From: a virus
Virus record (IMG/VR): IMGVR_UViG_3300028394_002659
Length of the DNA stretch: 64,000 bases
Reading direction: 5' to 3' (one strand)
The notes below the pieces were generated by a model. It saw nothing but the letters and a program-made list of their open reading frames with translations, did no database searches and was not told the DNA's origin. Positions 10,897 to 21,213 of this stretch are shown in pieces. The stretch's first letter is position 1; each line of letters begins with the position of its first letter. Both the position numbers and the translations under genes were made by a program.

Positions 10897-12178
10897 ACCT
10901 GATACCATGTGTCTAGCCCCCTGGGTGCATACATATCTCTCCCCGCAAACAGAACGCAGAATGTGCTGTGCCAGCCGTGAGCCTGCACAGAACTTTGAAC
11001 AGTACATAGACACTGCCGCAGGTACAGGGCGATACATACCCGTGACTCTTGAGGCTCACTGGAATTCAGAGCACATGCGATCGGTACGGCGCAGAATGAT
11101 GGCCGGAGAAACACTACCAGAATGTGAGGTTTGCAATGACCGGTTACTCAATGTATCCGTATACCGCGATTATTTTTGGCACCTGTTCCAGGGAAGACTT
11201 GATCAAATATGGGATAGCACTGACTCAACTGGATCGACTCATATGCGCCCTGTTTCATGGGATTATAGGTTTTCAAACCTGTGCAATTTCAAATGTAGAA
11301 CCTGTGGCGACATGCTGTCCAGTGCATGGGAGACTGAACAAAAACAAAACAAAATGGTTGACTGGACTAATCCTAAAAACAATTGGATGCGAAACGATAC
11401 ACGTGCCGAAATCACAAACTTTCAGGACAGTCAAATTGAAGCCGAATTCAGTGCGGCTGTGGAGCAACATCGAGTAGAAGAAATATATTGGGTGGGTGGG
11501 GAACCGTTGATGTATGAACAGCATTGGCGCTACATGAAACGCATAATAGAACTAGAGGATGGAGGAAAATTATATGCTAGATACAATACTAATCTCAGCA
11601 GGATTGCTTATGGTGGGATTGATCTTTACCAAGATATACTTTCGAACATACGTGACTGGCAAATCTGCGCCAGTCTTGATGGAACAGGACACACTGGAGA
11701 GTATATTCGCACAGGCTTACATTATGAATCATTCCTTGACAACTTCCGACAGGGATTAAAGATAGCCACAAATCCGCGTCAAATGCGCCTGGACTTCACA
11801 CTCACACTACCGGGCATGACTGAAGTGGATCGTATGACGGCATTGGCCGCTGAGTTGGGTGTGGAAATGTTGGCCAAGGTGATCTTTAGTTTCTCACCTG
11901 ATATCATCTTGAGTCCATTGGCACTGCCTAGGCATTTATTAGACCCATGGGTTGACGAGTTAGCAGGCCGCTCCGCAGGTGCCATGCGTGATGTACTGTT
12001 ACAATTAAAGAGCCGGCCTTGTTTTGAAGAACAGTGGCCGGACACTTATCAAGCAGGGCTTGCAAAAGGCAAAGCCCGTGTGTTACGATTAGAACAAATA
12101 AGAACACAGTCAGTGACAATGACAGATATCCTGGGCTCACGTCCAGATGTATTAGAATGGTGGATGAAAATTGCTTGA
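10889..12178 (+). CDS. N-Twitch radical SAM protein (#5)
   Basis: CLAPW..MCC..CEVC; CNFKCRTC; VGGEP. Confidence 0.9.
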   Translation: MHKPDTMCLAPWVHTYLSPQTERRMCCASREPAQNFEQYIDTAAGTGRYIPVTLEAHWNSEHMRSVRRRMMAGETLPECEVCNDRLLNVSVYRDYFWHLFQGRLDQIWDSTDSTGSTHMRPVSWDYRFSNLCNFKCRTCGDMLSSAWETEQKQNKMVDWTNPKNNWMRNDTRAEITNFQDSQIEAEFSAAVEQHRVEEIYWVGGEPLMYEQHWRYMKRIIELEDGGKLYARYNTNLSRIAYGGIDLYQDILSNIRDWQICASLDGTGHTGEYIRTGLHYESFLDNFRQGLKIATNPRQMRLDFTLTLPGMTEVDRMTALAAELGVEMLAKVIFSFSPDIILSPLALPRHLLDPWVDELAGRSAGAMRDVLLQLKSRPCFEEQWPDTYQAGLAKGKARVLRLEQIRTQSVTMTDILGSRPDVLEWWMKIA

Positions 12179-13205
12179 TACAATTGAGATAGACCTACGC
12201 GGCACAAAGAACATACTAACTGTGTACATAGACATTGCAGACAACAGTCTCAGCCGCAAATGGCTGACGGCATTAAATGATATTGTTCAAAATAGTCTGC
12301 ATTTAGAAAAGAACTACTGCTGGCTTGGCTGGACTGAAAGCGCCAGAACAGCAGAGTATCTGTGTACACAGATCAATAGATCAATCAACGCTATCAATGC
12401 CAGCACGTTGGATTATCGCATACAAGATTTCTTTAGCCCGGGCACAGTAATACAAGCAGATCTAGACGTCAATCATGCGCAAATGAATCAACTGCACAGA
12501 TACTTTGAAGATCTGCAGGGCACCGCAGGGGCAATGAGTCCGCATTACACAGCCGCAGATGATCACACACGCTGGCACATACGTCAATTGAACCTGTTGT
12601 GTCACGAACTGGAAAGTTTGGTGCTGAGCATGCGCAAGGCAGTACAGGCGCCTGAATGGCGCAGGCCCAGTCAACTCATGTGCTGGTTGAATGCCCCGCG
12701 ATTTGAATTAGAGGAACAGGATCTTGAATTGTTTGGTATAGACACAATCAATAGAAAACTGGGTGGTGTGTATGTGGGCGTAAATAAAGCAGTAGGCAAG
12801 CATCACTGGGAGGTGTTTCAAGATGAAGGTAGGGATTCGCGTATTGGTGAACTGGTTACTACAAGTCTTCGAACACAGACTCAAGCCGCTGGAGACTTTG
12901 ATATTGAATGGGCACGTGATCCCGGCGCATACCCGTGGCAAATTGCGCAATTGGCCGAATTTCGAAGGTGGCTTGAACGGAATGGATTCGACCCAACTGA
13001 CCCCGGTCTCACAATCGGCCACCCTTGTATCGGGCAAGTTGATCTTGAAAGATCATTTGGTACACAAGACCATCAAGCGATCTGGGCACAACTAGCCCAA
13101 CACCTGGATGTGTGTGCTGTGCGTACTGGTCAAGCACAGGTCACATATGATTATCACTGGAGCGATCCGGACTATATAGAGCAACAAATTAGGAGTTTAA
13201 AATGA
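12171..13205 (+). CDS. Hypothetical protein
   Basis: 344-aa ORF, TTG start, overlaps both neighbours. Confidence 0.75.
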   Translation: MLDTIEIDLRGTKNILTVYIDIADNSLSRKWLTALNDIVQNSLHLEKNYCWLGWTESARTAEYLCTQINRSINAINASTLDYRIQDFFSPGTVIQADLDVNHAQMNQLHRYFEDLQGTAGAMSPHYTAADDHTRWHIRQLNLLCHELESLVLSMRKAVQAPEWRRPSQLMCWLNAPRFELEEQDLELFGIDTINRKLGGVYVGVNKAVGKHHWEVFQDEGRDSRIGELVTTSLRTQTQAAGDFDIEWARDPGAYPWQIAQLAEFRRWLERNGFDPTDPGLTIGHPCIGQVDLERSFGTQDHQAIWAQLAQHLDVCAVRTGQAQVTYDYHWSDPDYIEQQIRSLK

Positions 13206-13303
13206 ACTGGATTCGAAGACTTTGGGATAGAATTACATTAGAAATACGCTATCGTAAAAAATTAAAAGAACTGCGCAAACGAGATCCATTTATCTACAAA
13301 TGA
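13202..13303 (+). CDS. 33-aa basic micro-protein
   Basis: MNWIRRLWDRITLEIRYRKKLKELRKRDPFIYK; ATGA overlaps at both ends fill the gap exactly. Confidence 0.7.
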   Translation: MNWIRRLWDRITLEIRYRKKLKELRKRDPFIYK

Positions 13304-14787
13304 ATATATTGGGCATTTCAGCAGGCTTTCATGATGCAGCCGCCACGGTCATAAGTCCCAACGGAGACATATTGTTTGCCGGCCATTCGGAACGTTATAG
13401 CAAAAAGAAAAATGATGCTGACTTCTGTACACCATTGATTAGAGAATTAGAAAACTACAATCCAATTAGCACAGTGGCATACTATGAACGCCCGGTTATG
13501 AAACAGTTGCGTCAATTGTACAGCGGCCAGGGCATTGAGTGGAACCGACTCAGTGTGAAGAAAAACATACACGATCAAATAGGTCATGCCAATTGGCAGG
13601 ACGTCAAACACTACAAGAATTACAATCATCATTTATCGCATGCGGCAGCAGGCTTTCAGACGTCACCATTCGAACGTGCCACTGTAGTTGTCATTGACGC
13701 CATTGGTGAATGGGATACCGTCAGTATCTGGGGTGCAACGTATGATCGAACAGGTCAGGCACGGTATAAAAGACTATGGCGTCAGGTTTATCCACACTCA
13801 ATCGGACTGTTCTACAGTGCAGTTACCAAGCGTATCGGCCTACATCCACTAGACGAAGAATACATCACCATGGGTATGGCAGCCTGGGGTCGCAACACCT
13901 GGTATCATGACATGCGTGAGCACGTGATAGCCAACGAGCGTGATATTGAACTGCGACACAACTTTCACACAGGCATGAGCAACGATTTCCTTATGGGTGC
14001 CAGCAACGAAAACATTGCGGCTGCCGGGCAGTTGGTGGCAGAGGATCTTATAAAACAAGTAATGATTCGCGCCAGAAACTTTGAATTTAGTTCAAATCTG
14101 GTATATATGGGTGGGGTTGCACTAAACTGTAGCGCCAATCGCATGTTAGGAGAATACTTTGATAATATATGGATTATGCCTTGTCCCGGTGATGCTGGCA
14201 GTAGCCTTGGTGCTGCCGCTTTGGCTCTTGGACATAGAATTAACTGGCGCGGTGCTAGTCTGGGGCACAATATTCCTGGGCCTTATCCCGTTAATGGCCT
14301 TTTGGATCGGCTACTTATTGAACAGATTGTTGGAGTTGCCTCCGGACGAGCCGAGTTCGGCCCCAGAGCACTGGGAAACCGTAGCCTCCTTGCAGACCCT
14401 AGAGGCAGCGAGATCAAGGAGAAAGTAAATGCAATCAAACGTAGACAACAGTTCAGACCCTTTGCGCCTGTTATTCTGGAGGAGATGGCTGACATGTACT
14501 TTGATATGCCTCGTGGTTTCAGTAACAGTAGGTATATGCAAACAATCGCTAGGTGTAGGCATACTGAGTTATTTCCTGCTATCGTTCACGTTGATGGCAC
14601 TAGTCGTGTACAAACTGTTCCCAAAGACGGATCAGGCATAAGAGAACTGCTGGAAAAATGGTACGTAATGACCGGCTGTCCCATGCTGTTAAACACCAGC
14701 TTAAACATACGTGGAGAGCCCATGGTCAATGATCGAGCAGATGCTGATCGTTTTGAACAGTTGTATGGCGTAACTGTTTGTAGTTAA
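13300..14787 (+). CDS. Carbamoyltransferase (CmcH/NodU/TobZ family)
   Basis: ILGIS..HDAAA, HHLSHAA, GGVALNC, EFGPRALGNRS, FRPFAP, LLNTSLN. Confidence 0.95.
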   Translation: MNILGISAGFHDAAATVISPNGDILFAGHSERYSKKKNDADFCTPLIRELENYNPISTVAYYERPVMKQLRQLYSGQGIEWNRLSVKKNIHDQIGHANWQDVKHYKNYNHHLSHAAAGFQTSPFERATVVVIDAIGEWDTVSIWGATYDRTGQARYKRLWRQVYPHSIGLFYSAVTKRIGLHPLDEEYITMGMAAWGRNTWYHDMREHVIANERDIELRHNFHTGMSNDFLMGASNENIAAAGQLVAEDLIKQVMIRARNFEFSSNLVYMGGVALNCSANRMLGEYFDNIWIMPCPGDAGSSLGAAALALGHRINWRGASLGHNIPGPYPVNGLLDRLLIEQIVGVASGRAEFGPRALGNRSLLADPRGSEIKEKVNAIKRRQQFRPFAPVILEEMADMYFDMPRGFSNSRYMQTIARCRHTELFPAIVHVDGTSRVQTVPKDGSGIRELLEKWYVMTGCPMLLNTSLNIRGEPMVNDRADADRFEQLYGVTVCS

Positions 14788-15821
14788 AGATAAGTTTCTA
14801 ATCCGCCCCGGCGACGGATATCTTGTGTACAGCATGAGATACCACCGTCCCAGAAGTAACTGTGACGCAGTTCACTAATGATAGGCTCTATCCGGTGCCG
14901 ACGGCAGTAGTCAAACACTTCCCGATTGTAAGCACTAAAAATCACATGTGATTCATCTAGTACCAAGCAGTTGACATCAAACACAGTTTCGGCAACAAAG
15001 CCAGTCCACTTGTTTAGATAAGTGTCCACAAACTGTGTGAACTCTTGCGTGGGTGTTTGTCCTTGCACATACCAAGCACCTGGTGATTGTTCGTATTTGA
15101 ACTTGCCAACTTCCATTGCGGCCCAGATACTTGAATCCCAGATCTTGCATACGTCCCAGCCAGGAAAGTCTCGGGCCAAGTCCAAGTTAACATCGTGCTT
15201 GGAACTCAGCAACACTCCGGGCTTGAGAATAGCAAACACAGCATCTCCATGGCCATCTGTAATGGCTTCATGGATGCGATATTCAGGACCTAACACATTG
15301 TCCACAATCCAACGGGTCTGCTCAGGCTTTAAGAAGTCTGAGTTATCAAAAAACACATCACGACCCACACGCACAATACAACTAGCACTTGCACCATTAA
15401 GAACGCAGTTCTCGTCCCAGCCTGTAGGTCCATGCGGATTGATCACTGTGCCGCCCGCAGACTCGTACTCGCCGCACAGCCCGTCTAGTTCAGACATGGC
15501 CAACACACGCAACAGTCGGTCGCCTAGTGTGATTTGCCAGTCTCTTGGTGTGAGTGGTGGAAGAGGTGCACCGCTACCGTGAACCTGTGATTGAATAAAG
15601 CGATCACGGTCGGGCAAGTCGGGACGACGTACTCGAGCACCAAACTTTTCTATTGTGCGTTGCAAGTTAGCAAGGTCTTCTTCAGTTTCCAAAAGGATTT
15701 GTTGTAACTGATTGCGCACTTGTGCGTTCTCGATGAAGTCAAAATAGTCTGGGCTGTACGCACGGCCGACTATGACTTCTTCAAGGGGTTGCCAACTTGT
15801 ATAACTGTTAATAGGATTCAT
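14784..15821 (-). CDS. Amidinotransferase (glycine/inosamine-phosphate type)
   Basis: WQPLEEVIVG, PRD, GHGD, WDGGISCCTQDIRR. Confidence 0.85.
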   Translation of the reverse strand: MNPINSYTSWQPLEEVIVGRAYSPDYFDFIENAQVRNQLQQILLETEEDLANLQRTIEKFGARVRRPDLPDRDRFIQSQVHGSGAPLPPLTPRDWQITLGDRLLRVLAMSELDGLCGEYESAGGTVINPHGPTGWDENCVLNGASASCIVRVGRDVFFDNSDFLKPEQTRWIVDNVLGPEYRIHEAITDGHGDAVFAILKPGVLLSSKHDVNLDLARDFPGWDVCKIWDSSIWAAMEVGKFKYEQSPGAWYVQGQTPTQEFTQFVDTYLNKWTGFVAETVFDVNCLVLDESHVIFSAYNREVFDYCRRHRIEPIISELRHSYFWDGGISCCTQDIRRRGGLETYL

Positions 15822-16989
15822 TTATGTGCTCGAGTAGGATATTTAAGCGGGCTGTCTTGAGTTCAAGAAATAAACGTTGGTTGTGTTCTATGTCTGCCCT
15901 GGCACGAGCATGTAATCTAGGCAAATCAGATTGTGCCCGGACTATTGCATTGCGCAGTTTGGTCCAACGATGTGTATTATTATGATCGTAATCATAACTG
16001 TTATCCAGGATGCCGTCAAATGTTCTATAACCCAGATTGCGTAGGGTTTGTAGACTGCCTGCTGGTCCTACTACAAAAAACATCTGTCCGTGTTTGATAG
16101 GTTTGAATGTTTTTTCTGATAAAAGTACTCCACTAGACTGATCAGCATCAAAATGTGTTTCCAGTGCAATATGACAATAACTATTTGAGAAGTACTTGCC
16201 CACAAGGTTGGCATGATTGTTACGTTCTGTTTGATTTAACTCATCGCTGTAGTACGGTGCTGACTTTAAAAATTGCTCTGTTCTGGCTCTTAAATCATCA
16301 AACGAATCAATCTCAATAGGGTTTTCTTCATCCACAACCTCACCCGATTCGCAATAACTCCAATAACTGTTGTCCAACACATGATGCTGTAGTAAATCGG
16401 CCATTGCAGTGGCACGCCATGTTTTGTGTAATCTGTTCAAGGCAGTGAACTCACGCTCACGTGGTTGATCGTGTATGACCATTGGTGCTGTGGCATGATT
16501 TCGATGCCAATACCATAGTTCAGAATCAGCAAAGTACACAAAGCCTTTGACATCACGTGCGGCTGTGTTACCGCTGACAAATTTATAACAACAAGGGGGC
16601 AGTTGATGATTGGCCACTAATTCATCTAGTCGTTGTTTGATCTTTACAGGATTGTCACCTTCGTGATAATAAAACAATACACGTATGTTACCGTGCCCAA
16701 GTTCAGAGACCACACGGCCGGGTAATAGTTCAAAATAGTCTATGTCAAAATCAAAAAAACCCAGGCCAACCGGATAGAATGTATTTTTAGGCCAGGCCTC
16801 GTTCAACTCAAATATGTTCAATTCAACGCCATGATGTTCGCAATATTCCTGTAGTCTAAGTGGCACAGTAAACGGCCAGTGCTGTTCAAACTCACGCCAT
16901 GATTGTGTGTAAGGCTCTGCTTGATGTCTTGCAAAAGCAGGATATATTTTACCCCGGACTGTCTGGTCCGATATCAGATTCAATTTCAT
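15808..16989 (-). CDS. GT10-like protein
   Basis: LNRLHKTWR, HIALET, SEKTFKPIKHGQ, GYRTF..DNSYD. Confidence 0.6.
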   Translation of the reverse strand: MKLNLISDQTVRGKIYPAFARHQAEPYTQSWREFEQHWPFTVPLRLQEYCEHHGVELNIFELNEAWPKNTFYPVGLGFFDFDIDYFELLPGRVVSELGHGNIRVLFYYHEGDNPVKIKQRLDELVANHQLPPCCYKFVSGNTAARDVKGFVYFADSELWYWHRNHATAPMVIHDQPREREFTALNRLHKTWRATAMADLLQHHVLDNSYWSYCESGEVVDEENPIEIDSFDDLRARTEQFLKSAPYYSDELNQTERNNHANLVGKYFSNSYCHIALETHFDADQSSGVLLSEKTFKPIKHGQMFFVVGPAGSLQTLRNLGYRTFDGILDNSYDYDHNNTHRWTKLRNAIVRAQSDLPRLHARARADIEHNQRLFLELKTARLNILLEHINESY

Positions 16990-18133
16990 TCAACATCTCC
17001 TGTAGTTCTGCCCACAGCACGGCTTCGAAGCCACCATTATAAAAATGATTCCAATTGTGTTCTACAACTTCTCGTGCCTGATCAAACAGGTCTTGCTTGC
17101 CTTCTGGGGGCAGTTCGTCTAGACTACGCAACAAACTAGCAACACGCTCGATACGCACTGAATCTTCTGCCAAGTCATAACTTTCATCCCATATACCCTC
17201 AAATGTACGGAATCCATAACTACGCAAGTACTCAAGACTGCCACGAGTACCTACAATGACAAACGGCATGCCCAGGGCTATGGGTTTGAATGTCTTTTCT
17301 GTCAGGTGATGTCTGCGCCCTGTTGCTATAGTTTCTGTCACAAGATACAGTAAACTTTCTGCCGACTCACCGAACAGGCTCAACCAACATGAATGCATGG
17401 GATGATCTGTTTCGCCTGCAAAGTTAATGGGCAGTGTTTGTTGTGCAAACACTTGTTCAATATCTGGATACTTGTTCACCAATGGTTTGACTGCATCGTG
17501 TATACTGATATTTTCTGCTGGGCAAGTTTCTGGACAACTGATATGATTGTTTAATAATTTATTTTTGAATAGGTGATACAGCACTTCTAGCCTGTGTTGA
17601 CGCTCACCTGCCACAATACGATTGGGTGCAATAAATGTTCGAGTAATAGTGCGTTCTGCTGGCGGTGAAATCAAGAATGTTCGATCATATCCACGATACC
17701 AATCTAGTGCGGCCCAGCCATGAAAGAAATAATATAGTGATTTCCATTGGTACTTGTTGCAAATAGCCTCAACGTTTTCACTATCACGCTCACTGGTCAC
17801 AATGTAACCAGGTGCAACAAATCCCGGAGGTCTTGGTATTTTTCCTGCCATTTTGTACTTGCCGTTGTTTCTCTCCCAGTAGCAGTTGGTATGTATGTCT
17901 TCATTAAGCGTGACAACTTGTTCAAAAGTAGGCTGATGTATGTTCAAATGAATAGGCTCTTGGTCAAAAAAGAATATATAATTGTGTTCGTGACAATCGT
18001 CTCTTCCATAGTTCATCACGCTGTCCGGGTCGCTTCTCCCGAATGGTTCACAAAAAAATTCTCTAAAGCCTGGTCTATTCTTTCTAATCCAGGGCCAGAA
18101 TGTATTGTTATAAATTTCATCTATTCTAATCAT
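16949..18133 (-). CDS. GT10-like protein
   Basis: LYLVTET, TEKTFKPIALGMPF, GFRTF..WDESYD. Confidence 0.6.
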   Translation of the reverse strand: MIRIDEIYNNTFWPWIRKNRPGFREFFCEPFGRSDPDSVMNYGRDDCHEHNYIFFFDQEPIHLNIHQPTFEQVVTLNEDIHTNCYWERNNGKYKMAGKIPRPPGFVAPGYIVTSERDSENVEAICNKYQWKSLYYFFHGWAALDWYRGYDRTFLISPPAERTITRTFIAPNRIVAGERQHRLEVLYHLFKNKLLNNHISCPETCPAENISIHDAVKPLVNKYPDIEQVFAQQTLPINFAGETDHPMHSCWLSLFGESAESLLYLVTETIATGRRHHLTEKTFKPIALGMPFVIVGTRGSLEYLRSYGFRTFEGIWDESYDLAEDSVRIERVASLLRSLDELPPEGKQDLFDQAREVVEHNWNHFYNGGFEAVLWAELQEMLNEIESDIGPDSPG

Positions 18134-20138
18134 GTTTGACGTATTCTATTCGGGTATTAAACCCAATCAATTTGCACACGAGCGTGAGGCTGATTCGATT
18201 GAGCATGCACAGACCATGAGCCGCACAAGATATTTTTGGTGGATCTCATACTTATGTGACTATTCCAAGTGGGATTGGCTTTGGGAGCCTGTTCCTTGGC
18301 AATCCACACAACGTCATGCATGGCCCAGTCAATGGCAAAAGGATTCTGGTACATATTTGATTCCTAAAGCAGTATTCACTGACACAAACTATCATGACGC
18401 ACCAGTTATTATACGTGTCTGTAGAGATACTGTCAACTGGACTGTGCCAGAAGGCATTGAGGCATTTGATACCACGTGGCACCCAGATCCAACTGAACCA
18501 CCAATGACTTATCAATTTGGCACACAACATCAACGCACAGGTGGGCCAAGATACCGCAATGGTGGCACCCTGGTCAAGTATGTTGACGCACCCAGGGCTG
18601 TAAAAATATCACAAGACAATTGCTGGATCATTCCCGAAGGCGCAGATACTGATAGTTTTGATTGGACTTGGCACCCAGATGATACAGATCCTCCTTATGT
18701 CTATCAATTTGGCACACAACATCAACGCACTGGCGGTCCACAGTATTGTGTGTCCGGTGCCCTGGATACAAAATTCATTGGACAAATGGTCATACAAACC
18801 AACCGAGTGGCCACAGCCATATATGAAATTGATCATATGGACGGTAATACGGGCAACATTGCCAACACCACTCGACGTGTGCGTTACTTTGACAACTACC
18901 GCGATACACTCATACGCATAGCAAAAAGCATAGGCCCTGAGCATGAGTTTGTGTGGATATGTTCCTCAATCTGTGACTACAGCGACTTTGACTTTTCGTG
19001 GCACCCTGAACAATGGCAAGCAGGTATGTTACATGTGTTTGCCAGTGATGGCGAAAAGTTTGGGGACACATTCTTCATGCATGTGCCCACATTTGCATAT
19101 CGTGCAGAACGTGTGGCTTTGTTGGAATGGTACGACTGTAACTTTGTTGAGACCAGTGTTCCACGTAGACCTATGCCGGTGATCAATCATGCCCTTGACA
19201 GTCAGGCTGAAGCAGTTCGAGCACTGCCATTCGACGGTCCGCTGGCCCTGTATACCACAACAGATTATGTGCCGGGCAACTTGGTCACAGTTCCGTTATG
19301 GCGCCAGGAAACCAAAACTATTGTGCCGTTGAGTGAGGGCGCAACCAGTGTGATTGTGCCCAAGGCCGCAGTAGGAGACATACGCACACAGTTGTACGAT
19401 TACGCTTACATAGACCGAACACATCGCATGTTAAAAGATCAACCCTTGGACATTGTGTTTATTTCAAATGGCGAACCCAATGCTAGATCTAATTTTTTGC
19501 AGATGACAATGTATTTGGCCAACGAGTCAAGATACACAAACAAAGTTCACTTAGTAGACGGTGTAAACGGACGAGTGGCAGCATACCATGCGGCTGCTAG
19601 AGCCAGCACCACACCTTGGTTCTTTGCTGTGTTTGCCAAATTAGAAGTGGATCAACTGTTTGATTGGTCCTGGCAACCAGATCGTATGCAACAGGCCAAG
19701 CATTATATCTTCCATGCACGTAATCCTGTCAATGGATTACAGTACGGGCATCAGGCCATGATTGCCTACAACAAAAAATTAGCATTGGAGAATACTGGTG
19801 TTGGGCTAGATTTTACGCTGGATCAAGCACATGAAGTTGTGCCTATTGTATCCGGAACAGCAAACTATTATATCAACGATTGGATGTGTTGGCGTACTGC
19901 ATTTCGCGAAGTGATCAAACTCAAGGCAAGTTTACCAGATGTAGAAAATGAGTATAGACTTTGTCAATGGCTCGCTGTAGATAACACACAGTCTAAGTGG
20001 AGCATGAAAGGTGCCCAGGATGCAGTGGAGTTTTATGACTCTGTAAATGGCGATCCCGCTGAACTCCAGAAGAGTTATGAGTGGGCATGGCTTGCAAGTT
20101 ATGCGTTTGTCAAACGATCTCTAACAACTGATCAATAA
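18132..20138 (+). CDS. 668-aa protein with internal repeats and C-terminal GT-A-like domain
   Basis: Repeated WHPD..PP..YQFGTQHQRTGGP; C-terminal LDIVFISNGEP, ARNPVNGLQYG, WRTAFREVIK. Confidence 0.75.
   Translation: MFDVFYSGIKPNQFAHEREADSIEHAQTMSRTRYFWWISYLCDYSKWDWLWEPVPWQSTQRHAWPSQWQKDSGTYLIPKAVFTDTNYHDAPVIIRVCRDTVNWTVPEGIEAFDTTWHPDPTEPPMTYQFGTQHQRTGGPRYRNGGTLVKYVDAPRAVKISQDNCWIIPEGADTDSFDWTWHPDDTDPPYVYQFGTQHQRTGGPQYCVSGALDTKFIGQMVIQTNRVATAIYEIDHMDGNTGNIANTTRRVRYFDNYRDTLIRIAKSIGPEHEFVWICSSICDYSDFDFSWHPEQWQAGMLHVFASDGEKFGDTFFMHVPTFAYRAERVALLEWYDCNFVETSVPRRPMPVINHALDSQAEAVRALPFDGPLALYTTTDYVPGNLVTVPLWRQETKTIVPLSEGATSVIVPKAAVGDIRTQLYDYAYIDRTHRMLKDQPLDIVFISNGEPNARSNFLQMTMYLANESRYTNKVHLVDGVNGRVAAYHAAARASTTPWFFAVFAKLEVDQLFDWSWQPDRMQQAKHYIFHARNPVNGLQYGHQAMIAYNKKLALENTGVGLDFTLDQAHEVVPIVSGTANYYINDWMCWRTAFREVIKLKASLPDVENEYRLCQWLAVDNTQSKWSMKGAQDAVEFYDSVNGDPAELQKSYEWAWLASYAFVKRSLTTDQ
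18510..18730 (+). repeat. 29-nt exact direct repeat, 192-nt period, inside CDS
   Basis: TATCAATTTGGCACACAACATCAACGCAC at 18510 and 18702. Confidence 0.9.
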
Positions 20139-21213
20139 CGTATTCAACTTCAAGGTCTGTGAGTTCAGGATAGATAGGCAAACTTAGGCAACGTCTGCTT
20201 AGTGCAGATGCTGGACTTAGTAACCCGCCGGGGTTGTCCAGGTGCTGATAAGCAGGCAATTCATGCAGGGGTTCAGCATAGTGAACTTTGGTTTCAATTT
20301 TGCATATGGCAAGGTTACGTTGCACAATATCTCTGGCATCCACTTCAATCACAAACTTGTGATAGCAATGAGTTGAGAAGTTGCTGTCGTCAATTAGCGA
20401 ACGTACATTGCGCTTCTTTAGTTGTTCAATCCAGTGTGCCGCAATCTCACCACGTCGTTTTTGCCAAGCATCTATGTGCCGAGTCTTGACCATCATTTGC
20501 GCACAATCAATTTCGCTCATCCTTGAGTTTGTACCAGTTTCGGCATGACGAGTATGCTTGCCATTGTTCACCCAGTCTCTTGCATAGTCCAAGAGATTTC
20601 TATCATCGGACACCACAGCACCACCGTTGCCATAATTGGCCAAGTTCTTTGTGGGATCGAAACTGATAGCGGTGGCCTCGCCTTGTCTGTTACAGTTGTC
20701 ACTCAACCAATGCTGTGCGCCATCTTCCAGCAGGATGGCCCGATTACGTGCTGGTTGCATGTCACGTAATGCCGCACCATACAATCCCACAGCACACACA
20801 GCATGATAATGCGAATCCATATCCTTGAGTGTCTTTCGTATGTCTAACTGACCATAGTAGTCAGTCTCACCAATCATCACCTGCCATCCTGCTCGTATGA
20901 AAGCATTAGCAGTGGCCGGATAAGTCAATGCAGGAACAAGCACAGTAGGAGGTTTTACATAACTCAATTCGGTTTGAGCATAGTAATTGGCCAAGATCTC
21001 AAGTGCCTGCGTGCCTGAGTGACAAGTCACAGCATAACTCACGTGATTTTTTTTAGCCAGCCAGTTTTCAAACTCAGCAGTATAGTTGCCACCCATGAGA
21101 ATACCTGAACGCAACACTTCATCTGTTGTGTCCAGTATTTCTGTGCGGAGATTGTTATACTGCTTTTTTAGACCAGTAAACGGAATTGTCAATCCAGTTG
21201 TAGTAATTTTCAA
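20110..21213 (-). CDS. DegT/DnrJ/EryC1/StrS PLP aminotransferase (start uncertain)
   Basis: SGTQAL, EDGAQ, SFDPTKNL..YGNGG, NSRMSEI, LSLPIYP. Confidence 0.9.
   Translation of the reverse strand: MKITTTGLTIPFTGLKKQYNNLRTEILDTTDEVLRSGILMGGNYTAEFENWLAKKNHVSYAVTCHSGTQALEILANYYAQTELSYVKPPTVLVPALTYPATANAFIRAGWQVMIGETDYYGQLDIRKTLKDMDSHYHAVCAVGLYGAALRDMQPARNRAILLEDGAQHWLSDNCNRQGEATAISFDPTKNLANYGNGGAVVSDDRNLLDYARDWVNNGKHTRHAETGTNSRMSEIDCAQMMVKTRHIDAWQKRRGEIAAHWIEQLKKRNVRSLIDDSNFSTHCYHKFVIEVDARDIVQRNLAICKIETKVHYAEPLHELPAYQHLDNPGGLLSPASALSRRCLSLPIYPELTDLEVEYVIDQLLEIV

Noticed and set aside
1995-12178. Radical SAM cluster as a classical RiPP (SPASM) locus
   Set aside because: No RRE/PqqD domain, peptidase or exporter was seen and the neighbours are sugar-modifying enzymes; kept only as a minor alternative for 8570-8668.
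15022-15582. Long antisense ORFs (also 54247-54765, 59677-60261, 49229-49639)
   Set aside because: Shadows of well-supported genes on the opposite strand.
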